A stretch of DNA of 62,991 nucleotides, the filler included, from Asterionella formosa (lineage: Eukaryota): NCBI GenBank assembly GCA_002256025.1. It is 15 parts of 15 records of this genome, joined end to end, with 100 filler letters (N's around TTAATTAATTAA, not from the genome) between each part and the next. Parts side by side here need not be neighbours in the genome. Positions count along the whole stretch, not along the records: positions 51,519 to 52,866 come from NKIB01002885.1; positions 52,967 to 54,314 come from NKIB01002886.1; positions 54,415 to 55,761 come from NKIB01002888.1; positions 55,862 to 57,207 come from NKIB01002889.1; positions 57,308 to 58,653 come from NKIB01002891.1; positions 58,754 to 60,099 come from NKIB01002892.1; positions 60,200 to 61,545 come from NKIB01002893.1; 8 more parts are not named here. One strand, 5' to 3'. A program made the position numbers and the translations under genes. The first letter of the stretch is position 1; every line of letters begins with the position of its first letter. Shown piece after piece: positions 51,519 to 61,645 of the stretch. The notes beneath the pieces are model-generated. The model did not search any database. It was not told the DNA's origin and worked only from the letters and a program-made list of their open reading frames with translations.

Positions 51519-52866
51519 CTATACTGTTCAACATCTTCATTGATGACTTGGCAGTGGGGACGGAGGAGAGCGGTGCCCTGGTACCAACTGGGGACAGTCG
51601 CACATGGCGGAACTCCACACCCACACTGACAGTGGGATGTACCCTCTTTGCTGATGATGCGGCCGGAATCTGCCCCTCCCTGGAGGCGGCCAAACGGTTC
51701 TGTACGCACGTTACCAACTGGGTTACAGCTAACGAGATGAGTGTGGGCATAGGGAAGTGCGGGCTGATGGAATTCCTACCGCCAGACCCAGGTTCGGCCA
51801 CCGAACCGCTTGTCCCTGGACAAGATGTGGCTGGACTGGAACTGGAGGGACTTCCACTCCCTGTTGTGGACAGATATATGTATCTGGGTGTCCTCATGAC
51901 ACCAGGTCTGTCTATCTCGTCTATGGTGGACCATAGAGTCAAGCAAGGGCGGGCCACAGTTGCCACCTTGGTACCGTTTCTACGGTGCCCGGTGGTACCA
52001 ATGGCCATGCGTTTGCTGACTGTTGCAGGAGTAGTTGCCCCCCGCCTCCTTTTTGGGGCTGAGCTGTATGGTATGAATCGTCACCTTACGGACAAAATGC
52101 AGGTTCTTCTGAACCGATGCCTTAGGGCTAGCATTGGAGCCAGGAGGGCAGGGGATGTGCCATCATTAGGCCTTTGGAAGGAGGCACGGATGTTGCCAAT
52201 GTGTGCCTTGGCGGGTGCCCGACGGGCCAGAGCTTATGCCAAGGCCTCGGGTCTCAAAACCTGGCTTCAGGAATTGGTCCTAAGACCATTCCGAAGTCAG
52301 AAATGGACATGGTGCTCGGGGGTTCCGCGCTGGCTGAAACGCTATGCGCTCCCCCATGCGCCAGAGTCTATTGTGGAGAGGTACTTGGGTGCTGGATGGC
52401 AGAGCCTGGAACCAAAGGTACTGGCTGAGGTAGTGAAAGCATGCATCTTGGAGAGAGAGTGTGGGATCCGACGGAACTTGACTCGTCCGTCGGGGGCCCG
52501 CACAGTGTGGTATGAGGGAGCCGGATTTGACAAGCATCCACTCACACGGTCATGTGTGGGGGGCAGTCCCAAAGACCAAGCAGGACTGGCTTTGATAGTT
52601 CGGTGTCGGATTGGGGCATTTGTAACTGTCCCCACCTTGGTGGGGTGGAAGCGAATGCCTCATAGGTATTTGAGGAAGTGTCCATTTTGTGGTATGGATG
52701 AACCAGAAATGCTGGAACACTTAGTGTTCACGTGTGGTCGGTGGCGTGGTCTACGCACCGAGCCACACATGGCAGAATTGATCGCGAAAGTTCGGACGTT
52801 AGGGCCGAATTTCGCCCTCGGTTTTGACCAACAACGGTTGGCATGGCTCCTCGGAGGGAGTTGTGA
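51519..52866 (+). mobile_element. Non-LTR retrotransposon (LINE, RTE/RTEX-like) ORF: RT C-terminal half + CCHC zinc finger
   Basis: LFNIFIDDL, TLFADDAA, YMYLGV, CPFC...EHLVFTC; open across the whole contig. First 80 bp identical to 62912-62991. Confidence 0.92.
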
Positions 52867-52966
52867 NNNNNNNNNNNNNNNNNNNNNNNNNNNNNNNNNN
52901 NNNNNNNNNNTTAATTAATTAANNNNNNNNNNNNNNNNNNNNNNNNNNNNNNNNNNNNNNNNNNNN

Positions 52967-53176
52967 ACATGCATTAATGCCACTCTTCACGTAAAAAGGT
53001 TACTTTTAACGGTTTCATGTGAAGTTTTAACGGTTTCATGTGAAGTTTTAACTGTTTCATGTGAAGTTTTCACAATGAATTTTGAACGCGAGACTGAATT
53101 AGTTGATGTTTCAAATAATTCATTTGAAAGTTCAACTAAGATCCTGCTCTTGAGGCTAATACATTCGCAACACGCA
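52967..53176 (+). repeat. Subterminal region of CATCT family A2 (21-bp subrepeats TTTTAACGGTTTCATGTGAAG)
   Basis: Near-identical to 59907-60099 apart from subrepeat copy number and small indels. Confidence 0.9.
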
Positions 53177-53644
53177 TTTTACTTAATGAAATAGTAAGGA
53201 TATTTGTGGTGTCTAATGTCATCCATCTGAGATCAAAGTTTTACGGTTGTACACATCACATGAAGAACTCACACTTACCGGTAAAAAAGCTCCCTCTTCC
53301 CAGTTTTCATGTTATGTAGGTAATTACCGGTACTAGGTAAATGTACTACTAGCCAGTGGTAGGCAACCCAATTTTTTTACGTGATTATTATTACTCAAAA
53401 TCAACACTGGTGGAGTTATGTCTACTGATGAGGATGGTACCAGGTAGTATTGTTTGCCAAATATGTGCCGAACAAGGTCCATTATTTTAGCTACCTGTTA
53501 TTCTTATTTTTCTCTCGCCAACACAGCACTGCAACGACAGTAAATATCATGGATCTGTGTGACAATAACGACGAGGACAAATTTTAAATTCTGTGGTAAA
53601 GGTCCTTTTAAATCAATTCGTGGTCATCACAGACACAGCCCCTT

Positions 53645-54304
53645 GTGTGGGCAACAATATATGATTCATTACTTTCCAACAATATCGACATGTTTTGGAA
53701 AACTTTGTCTATGGTCATTCCCGGTTCTGTGCTGCAATCACTTGTAAGTGACGCAACATATGTCAGGAAGAGTATGCCTCACACCTGTACATTGTTGCAC
53801 ACTGCTGTAAATCACTCAAATGTTACTCAGGAGCCACATTTTGACTATCAGCAGGCAGAACTGGTAGTCAATGACTTCGAAAAGTGCCTTCCTTGGGGAT
53901 TGGATATGTCCCTAGGTGCTGGTAGTTTCTCTATAAATATCTGGGATGGCGAGTCATTTGAGTGTAACCTCATTTTAGATCGAAAAGGTACAGGTAAAGC
54001 GGAATTCAAGCAACATGCCATGGAGCATGTAAACCAACATGCGATGCTTCTTCGCATTCCCTTCAAGTACATCTTTTTAATGCGAGGTGATACAGTTCAT
54101 GCAGGTGCTATGGATAATCACCAAAGCAATGGTGCATTGAGACTTCACATGTATTTGTCGCCTGGTTCCACTCCAGAGCAAAACTCAGTTGCTATTTGCA
54201 AAAGATTCGGAAATGCCATTAACACAAAAGCAAATGGTACAGAGCGTATCCCTCCATCACTAGTTTCGTTTTTGCTTGATTCCTATGGGGAAAGATGGAA
54301 GTAA
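53645..54304 (+). CDS. Putative 2OG-Fe(II) dioxygenase-fold protein; 5' end uncertain
   Basis: QEPHFDY (HxD, His codon at 53837), then MRGDTVHAGA (distal His at 54098), then RLHMYL (Arg on a terminal strand). Upstream in-frame TAAs at ~53585-53611 may lie in a GT..AG intron (53540-53632). Confidence 0.55.
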   Translation: MWATIYDSLLSNNIDMFWKTLSMVIPGSVLQSLVSDATYVRKSMPHTCTLLHTAVNHSNVTQEPHFDYQQAELVVNDFEKCLPWGLDMSLGAGSFSINIWDGESFECNLILDRKGTGKAEFKQHAMEHVNQHAMLLRIPFKYIFLMRGDTVHAGAMDNHQSNGALRLHMYLSPGSTPEQNSVAICKRFGNAINTKANGTERIPPSLVSFLLDSYGERWK

Positions 54305-54414
54305 GAATTTTTTTNNNNNNNNNNNNNNNNNNNNNNNNNNNNNNNNNNNNNNNNNNNNTTAATTAATTAANNNNNNNNNNNNNNNNNNNNNNNNNNNNNN
54401 NNNNNNNNNNNNNN

Positions 54415-54934
54415 GCATTGGCCAAGCGCATGCGATTGAGTTCTAAATCATCCGCACTCAATGTTGCATATGTAGATTCTAAGTGAGCAAGCAAGGTCAG
54501 AACAGTGATGTCTGCATATCCAAATGTAGCATCTTCCAGAACGTTGTAGAAAGTTGGGTCAATGGCTGTGAGAATTTGTTGGCGGAGAATTTCACGGATT
54601 TGGGAGTAACGGCGGAATGCGTCAAGGGAGGTGTCAAAAAGACGGTTGGCAGCAGTGATTTGGGACTGTGTTGCAGTAGCACTGTGTGGCGGCTGGATGC
54701 CGGATGTTCGGGCGGTAAAAAGGGTTCACCAGCACGTAAAAGATAAGGAGCAGCAGCCATGACAATACCAAGGAAACCATTGGCACCACCACCACTGGTA
54801 CAGTGGACAGAGCGAGCGTTGGCAAAGAGTTCCTTGCGAAGGCGGGTTACAGTGAAGGCTGTAGGTTTGCCCTCGATCGGCGTCAAAAGCGGATGAGGGA
54901 ATGGGAAAACAGCGGAAGCGATTGGAGTCGTCAT
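54415..54934 (-). mobile_element. Copia (CoDi-like) gag 5' part, frameshifted
   Basis: FPHPLLTPIEGKPT...LRKELFANARSVHCTSGGGANGFLGIVM...FLPPEHP, a gag N-terminus typical of diatom Copia elements. Confidence 0.75.
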
Positions 54935-55309
54935 GGTGGAAGAAGGCCTGAGAGACAGGGGCAGCAAACGGGCAAGCGGTGCTGGACGGTTGATTGTTGA
55001 GACCAGTGCTGGTTTGCACTGTCGACAAGAGCCGCAACGTCACAGGTGCGGACAAGAGAGAGAGAACAGATATTGTAGTTCTGTTGAGGGGAACCTTGTC
55101 ATGAATACAGGTGAACTACAATATTATGACTATTCTATTGCTGTTTCGAGTACATCGTTGTTAGCACTCATGCATGTACCTAATCTGGTGGCTGCGCCGG
55201 TATGGTTCGTACAGCGCATGTATGGAGCATCATATGCAGATATTAACATCTATGACACAGACATGTTGATCATAGTGAAGGGTACATATATACATAGAGC
55301 TATATAGAT

Positions 55310-55623
55310 TGTAAATATATATATTTAGCAAATTCGAAAAGGAATCTAGGTAAATATGCGCGATTTTCCGCTGACATGTCGTTTGCAGAGAAAGAGGGGA
55401 CGAGAGAGATCGACGAGGTCGATGAACGAGGAGACGATAGAGGAGGGGAGTCCGATAACTAACCTGACAAGCTCAAAAGGAGATTGGAAGGTGTGTTTGT
55501 TAAAAGAGTGATTAGATAAAGTTGATATAGAAGAACGATGATTTAAATAAGATGCATAGGTACTGTCAGACAAACAGACACAGACATATACTGACACGTC
55601 ATGTAAAGAGGTGATTCACAACA
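55310..55623 (-). mobile_element. Possible LTR (TG...CA) preceded by a polypurine tract
   Basis: Minus strand GGAGGGGGA|TGTTGTG...TTTACA; no second copy in the window to confirm. Confidence 0.3.
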
Positions 55624-56206
55624 TCCCCCTCCAGCATCTCATAACAAAATGAGATAAAAGGAGTAGAATCAATGATTGTCAAAGAACTGATTTGTCAGGC
55701 CGTGCAAGCGTGGCGACCGCACGATGACCAGCATCGATAAATTGATATCCCATCATAGTCANNNNNNNNNNNNNNNNNNNNNNNNNNNNNNNNNNNNNNN
55801 NNNNNTTAATTAATTAANNNNNNNNNNNNNNNNNNNNNNNNNNNNNNNNNNNNNNNNNNNNTCCTTGGGACTTCGTCATGTTGTGGCGTTCTACCCCCTG
55901 CTCCATAACCACAGCCACCCTGTCGCGGGCCGTTGCAACGCACGATAATGGGTGATGTACCAAATTTTTCCGGTATAATAGAGGGGGGGGGCAGCGCTTT
56001 GACTTTCACAGCCTCTCTACGGAGCTGCGACAGAAAATAATAGGGAAAAACATAGTACCACCATAACCGTAGGTGCTACTTAAAGGTGCTGATAAAAGAT
56101 GTAGACGTACTACCTGGTACCGGTAGTAACTCGTCAGCCTGGCTAATTATCGCGCCAGTTAAATTCATAAAAGCAATATTAGTATGATAACTACCGGGTA
56201 GGTATG

Positions 56207-57207
56207 CCAGAACATATGGTGTTCTGTTGCTCGCTTATTACTCCGACTATTGGTTTTTAGTTTTACGATCATACAATCCTAGAACTATGATGATTTATTG
56301 TCCCACGGTAGTAGCAACAGTCCTGAATATATGGTATTCCATTGGTTTTTAGTTTTACGATCATACGATCCTAAAATTATGATGATTTACTGTCCCACTG
56401 CAGTAGCAACAGTCATGAACATATGGTGTTCTTTTGGATCATAATTTTACGATCATACGATCCTAAAACTATGATGATTTACTGTCCCACTGCAGTAGCA
56501 ACAGTCCTGAACATATGGTGTTCTGTTGCTAGTTTACCGGTACTACTCCGACTACCCCCAGTATATCACTTACTACCTGCTACTGGTACCCTGTATGTAT
56601 AAATGACACATTGTTATTGTCATATGATGTACCGGTACACATGAAGAGCTCCAGCCCAAAAAAGGGGCATTTGAACGGTCTAAATAATTAGTTTCAACGG
56701 ACGTAGAAAATATCGATGCAAAAAAATTTCAGAGATAATACCGGTACACGTAGTCGTGGAAAACAATGGACATATAGTGCATTGAGTATTTTCGAATTAT
56801 GTATATGCGAGTATGATCATCTCAACCATATCAGATGTTCCATATCGAGAGCGCCTTTGAATTTTATAAAATGTATTACGCTATATATATATATATTTAC
56901 AAATTTTATTAGTATATTCATGGCCAGTATATTTTTCAAATCGTTCTGTCATGTTAACAAACAATGCCTGCTGCTTCATGAAAAGATACGTCGTAGTAAA
57001 GCACATGACAAGAAAAGAAAATTTTCGCAATACATAACGAAAAACATTGTGACTTCGACACATTGCGCCTTCGAAGGATGGAGAATGTTTAAGGTAATAT
57101 AATGAAGCCATCAATGTGGTACTTGGATGACAATCGTTGGGAGACAGGCAGCACAACAACAAATTGTTAACTAAACGCAGCCACATTTCCTTTTTTCTCA
57201 GTTGATT
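56207..57207. repeat. Inverted paralog of 11360-12420 incl. 115-bp unit array
   Basis: GAACATATGGTGTTCTGTTGCT / GATCATACGATCC units and shared flank. Confidence 0.85.
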
Positions 57208-57307
57208 NNNNNNNNNNNNNNNNNNNNNNNNNNNNNNNNNNNNNNNNNNNNTTAATTAATTAANNNNNNNNNNNNNNNNNNNNNNNNNNNNNNNNNNNNN
57301 NNNNNNN

Positions 57308-57770
57308 GTCTTTGTGTCACTGGTGCCAAGGTAGGTTTTTGTGTCACTGGTGCCCAGGTAGGTCTTTTGGTCACTGGTGCCCAGGTAGGTCTTTTGGTCA
57401 CTGGTGCCCAGGTAGGTCTTTGGGTCACTGTTGCTTTGGTTGTTGTTGTTGCTGCGTCTAATGCAACTCGTTTTATCATTGATGAAAATGCTTCTTGCGT
57501 TTTACTAGCAAGTGTTATAACTTGTGTTTGGTTTGGTGAATTTTCTATATTTTCGTCCACTTTGTCATCCACCGATTTATGGGTTGACAATGTTTTGGGA
57601 GAACTATTGATTGACAAACTCGACATCGAAGCAAACATAACACCGCCGTCATCATCGTGACGAAGGATGTTCGTATCTGCAATGCTGGAGTTCTGAAGGC
57701 CATGAAGGACGTTCCATTCAGCTGCAGTGCCAGAACCAAAGATGATAACGCATCAAAGGATCAAATTCAT
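57308..57770 (-). pseudogene. Secreted Thr/Pro-repeat (mucin/cell-surface-like) protein, in-frame TGA in signal peptide; 3'-partial
   Basis: MNLIL*CVIIFGSGTAA-EW... is in frame with (VTKRPTWAP)n 27-bp repeats at 57308-57430; TGA at 57753-57755. Confidence 0.55.
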
Positions 57771-58125
57771 TTGCAATTTGCAATGGATCGGCTTTAACAT
57801 ATCGTTCCAACTTGATGTGTGAACAGCCGTTCCGAAATCCTAGGATCTGAAGTTTGTGACCAACCGGATTTTGGAAATGTGAAGAAGAACCGTACAAGCC
57901 AACTTATGTGTCATCTTCCCTTTTGGTATCTTTTTCACGTTATCGATTCCTTAAGAGGTCGATAGATGGACTTTTATCTACGATGACTAACCTCATGGAA
58001 GGTGCTGTAATTGGGCCAACTGCGCGCTTTTTTGGTTTTATCGCGCCTGCAGGGCTTTGCAATTACGACCGACCTTCGGAGTCGGCTGGCTTCCTATCAT
58101 AAATAAATTTAAATTATATCCGTAC

Positions 58126-58140
58126 TTAGGGTTAGGGTTA
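58126..58140 (+). repeat. (TTAGGG)2TTA
   Basis: Read directly. Confidence 0.6.
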
Positions 58141-58753
58141 CTGTAGGTAGCCTCGTACTGTGTAGTTACCCGTCGTAGGTATACAGTCCAACATTCATGT
58201 CGGCATTTCGGTACCCCTGGTATGGTTGGTACCTGGTACCAGGTACCAAGTGCTCCAGTACACCATCCATAAACTCTCGGTGCGTCTTGCTGGTATCCGT
58301 CGCAAAGGTGACACCTGTCACGTTAACAAAGGACCTCTCCTACCGGTAGAGAATAGACGGCTAGGAGTATCACTCTATATGATTCTAATCTTCTCATACA
58401 TAATAGAGGAGGGTTGTTCGACAACAAAGATTCGCTTTTTATTACAAATGTACTTGCTTTTTTAGTTGAACAGACATTCCGCCACCACCACCACAATTGT
58501 GGGTGAACATCCAGTTATCATACTATAGTGGTTGTATCTGCCGATCTGTTGCTGCCTTCAAACACCAGCAATCAGGGTTTTTTGCCTTATTTTGTGGCCG
58601 AAATTGTCCTTGCAAAACGACCAGCCAAAGAACGAACCAACTGCACAACAATANNNNNNNNNNNNNNNNNNNNNNNNNNNNNNNNNNNNNNNNNNNNTTA
58701 ATTAATTAANNNNNNNNNNNNNNNNNNNNNNNNNNNNNNNNNNNNNNNNNNNN

Positions 58754-59647
58754 GCTGAAAACGTATTTTCACTTTACACTTTGTAATATTGTGAGCTTTC
58801 TGTTAATAGTCTATCTAGGTCTTGTTCTTGCCTGATTACTCATGTAATCCCGAACAAGACTTCTCACACTTTCCTTGATCTCGTCAAGAATGATCTTGCT
58901 TACTTTGACAATAAGTAAGCATATTCATTTGACAATAAGTGAGCAGCACTTATTCTTTTGACAATAAGTGAGCATCTGATTCACTTGTCAATAAGTAACA
59001 TCTCCAGTCTTTTGTCAATGAGTAAACATCTCCAGTCCAGTCATTTATCAATAAGTAAACATCTCCAGTCATTTGTCAATAAATGTCGAAATGTTTTGGG
59101 TCTTGGTTTCTAATCACTGTTAAGAATATTGATTCTCGATTCGTTGGATTCCATATATTTTATCACCCTCCCTGATCTCGAAACCAACAATCCATGGTCC
59201 CATTCATAATGTGGGTTGCATGAGTGTCATGAATTTTCTGAGTGACATTCTTTGAAAGTAGGTCTGCAGGATTCTTTAAAGTATTCACATAGTCAACTCT
59301 AATATCCCCAGCCTTCACCTTTTCTCGTATGAAATGATATCTTACATCAATGTGCTTAGTTCGTGAACCAACCTGCTGATTCTTTGATAGAAAAATTGCA
59401 CCTATATTGTCTTCTGCAATGATACTGGGCATTTCCAAGTATTCAACTTCATTGTGTAGATTCATTATAAAAGTAGTTTCCTTTGATCCATCTGATAGAG
59501 CCACATACTCTGCTTCAGTGCTGGAAACAGTAACAATCTTCTGTCCATTCGAAATCCAATTCACTAGCGATGCACCACCAATCGTACCCAAATATTCACT
59601 TGTCGATTTCCTTGTATCTGGATTGTCCCCGAATGAGCTGTCTACCA
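58754..59647 (-). mobile_element. Ty1/Copia RNase H, PPT and probable 3' LTR
   Basis: VDSSFGDNPDTRKSTS...SSTEAEYVA...EDNIGAI...RTKHIDVRYHFIRE...NPADLLSK. Then CAGGGAGGG|TG at ~59164 and about 7 imperfect TTGxCAATAAGT repeats (58903-59082) in the presumed LTR. Confidence 0.9.
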
Positions 59648-60099
59648 CATCTAAGCCGCGAAATACGCCACTTTTCCAAATTTCGTGTACGTATGAGTGT
59701 TAATTATGTGGTACTTCACATGCATTAATGCTACTCTTCACATAAAAAAGATTACTTTTAACGGTTTCATGTGAAGTTTTAACTGTTTCATGTGAAGTTT
59801 TCACAATGAATTTTGAACGCGAGACTGAATTAGTTGATGTTTCAAATGATTCATTTGACTTTTCGAAATTTCGTCTACGTACGAGTGTTAATTATGTGGT
59901 ACTTCACATGCATTAATGCCACTCTTCACGTAAAAAAGGTTACTTTTAACGGTTTCATGTGAAGTTTTAACGGTTTCATGTGAAGTTTTCACAATGAATT
60001 TTGAACGCGAGACTGAATTAGTTGATGTTTCAAATAATTCATTTGAAAGTTCAACTAAGATCCTGCTCTTGAGGCTAATTAATACATTCGCAACACGCA
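59648..60099 (+). mobile_element. Left end of CATCT family A2 inserted into Copia RNase H
   Basis: Begins CATCTAAGCCGCGAAATACG exactly where RNase H homology stops; two ~188-bp tandem units containing 21-bp subrepeats follow. Confidence 0.75.
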
Positions 60100-60199
60100 N
60101 NNNNNNNNNNNNNNNNNNNNNNNNNNNNNNNNNNNNNNNNNNNTTAATTAATTAANNNNNNNNNNNNNNNNNNNNNNNNNNNNNNNNNNNNNNNNNNNN

Positions 60200-60559
60200 A
60201 AAGGTGAACCGATGATGCCAGATGCTGAGTTTGACGCATTGAAGACGGAGCTCAAGGAAACTGGATCGAAGTTTGCAGTCTCAACATCTCCAAAATGCTA
60301 GATCGACACTGGAATTTGCACTGTCACATTGAAAGAAGACCAATTCAGATCAAATCTTCTCTACCTTCCCGCCATTATTGTTCTCACAAGTGTTTGGCTT
60401 GGTATTGGTTTCGAACTCTTGTCGACTGTGTTGAGAATCAACCCGTTGTTCTTCCTCCTCATTGGCACTCCGTTCCTCTACACCGGATCTAAATTTATTA
60501 CAGAGGAGCTTCTCTTCCCTGGTAAATTCATTGCTTTCTCCATTGATTTCGCCTATTGA
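60200..60559 (+). pseudogene. PGRL1: PGRL1-like fragment with in-frame TAG, lacking the C-terminal CxxC region
   Basis: KGEPMMPDAEFDALKTELKETGSKFAVSTSPKC*IDTGICTVTLKEDQFRSNLLYLPA followed by two TM helices; TAG at 60299-60301. Sequence diverges after PGKFIA, where GPCPxC is expected. Confidence 0.8.
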
Positions 60560-61645
60560 CCGACCAACACTTGCTACACTTCCTCCTGATGCACCCCCAG
60601 TTTCTTCTGCATCTCCAGTCGCTTCTCCTAGCCTAATCACAGAGGGTCCTATTACATCTGTTTCTCCAGTGATTTCGCCGATTGATCGACCAACACTTGC
60701 TATCCACTGTATAATACTATCATATTAGCTAACTGTTGACTTTAACTGTATACATTAAACGACAAACACATATATTAATTAACATACTTTATGATTGCTT
60801 GATTTATATTCTATGATGTCTTGGTAACACTTGCGTATATATTTTATCGTATTTTATTATCATTGTATTATTTTAACATAATCATATTTTGATCACAATT
60901 ATATCACAATTATTACATAAAATCATCATAATTTTATGATCAGTGTATCATAGTTCTGTGATGTACTTTATTCTATATTACGTATCATACTTTGGTGATG
61001 TATGAATCGATGTAACCTTATCATGATATCACAGTACCTGGTACCTGGTACCTGGTATCATCTTATCAATCATGATGAGATGATTGGGAAGCAACTGTAT
61101 TCTGCATCGTGCTACAGGGTATATTATTATATCACGCAATTTGCAATTTAGTAGCGAAGTCACTCCGCCTGTAATGTTCTAAAGTCGACAGTGCACATGC
61201 CGGTACTCACACGCTAATCAGGTTTGAGGCAACGGACAGTGTTTCCAACGAGCGAATGATGATACCACGGGTACCAATTTTTCCAACGAAAGAACTTGTC
61301 TCTCTATTGATGAGGATGACACGGACACCGACTTTTCCAGGAGCAAACAACAATGAAGAGACCCACTTGTCGCTCTATTGATGGTAACAAAGATACGGAC
61401 AAGTTCAACAGTGAATTCTACTTTATCATGGCGATCCATCCGTGAAAGGAAGCATTGGATATTTGGAGTCTCTGCTGAGGGGAAGGGGTCAGTTCGAAGA
61501 CCTTTGGAGTAGAGAGGAGCTGAATACCAACATCCCAGAAAGAAANNNNNNNNNNNNNNNNNNNNNNNNNNNNNNNNNNNNNNNNNNNNTTAATTAATTA
61601 ANNNNNNNNNNNNNNNNNNNNNNNNNNNNNNNNNNNNNNNNNNNN

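Noticed and set aside
58903..59082. Short repeats with variable gaps as mini-CRISPR
   Set aside because: Degenerate, gaps are related to each other, and they lie inside a presumed Copia LTR.
57753..60301. Stop-codon reassignment (in-frame TGA/TAG/TAA in several ORFs)
   Set aside because: Intact genes are long, stop-free and end with TAA, TAG or TGA; internal stops are of all three types and mostly accompany other lesions.
22054..61645. Recurring TTAATTAATTAA within N runs, and gene neighbourhoods across them
   Set aside because: Artificial six-frame-stop contig linkers; small contigs are size-ordered, so cross-linker synteny is meaningless.
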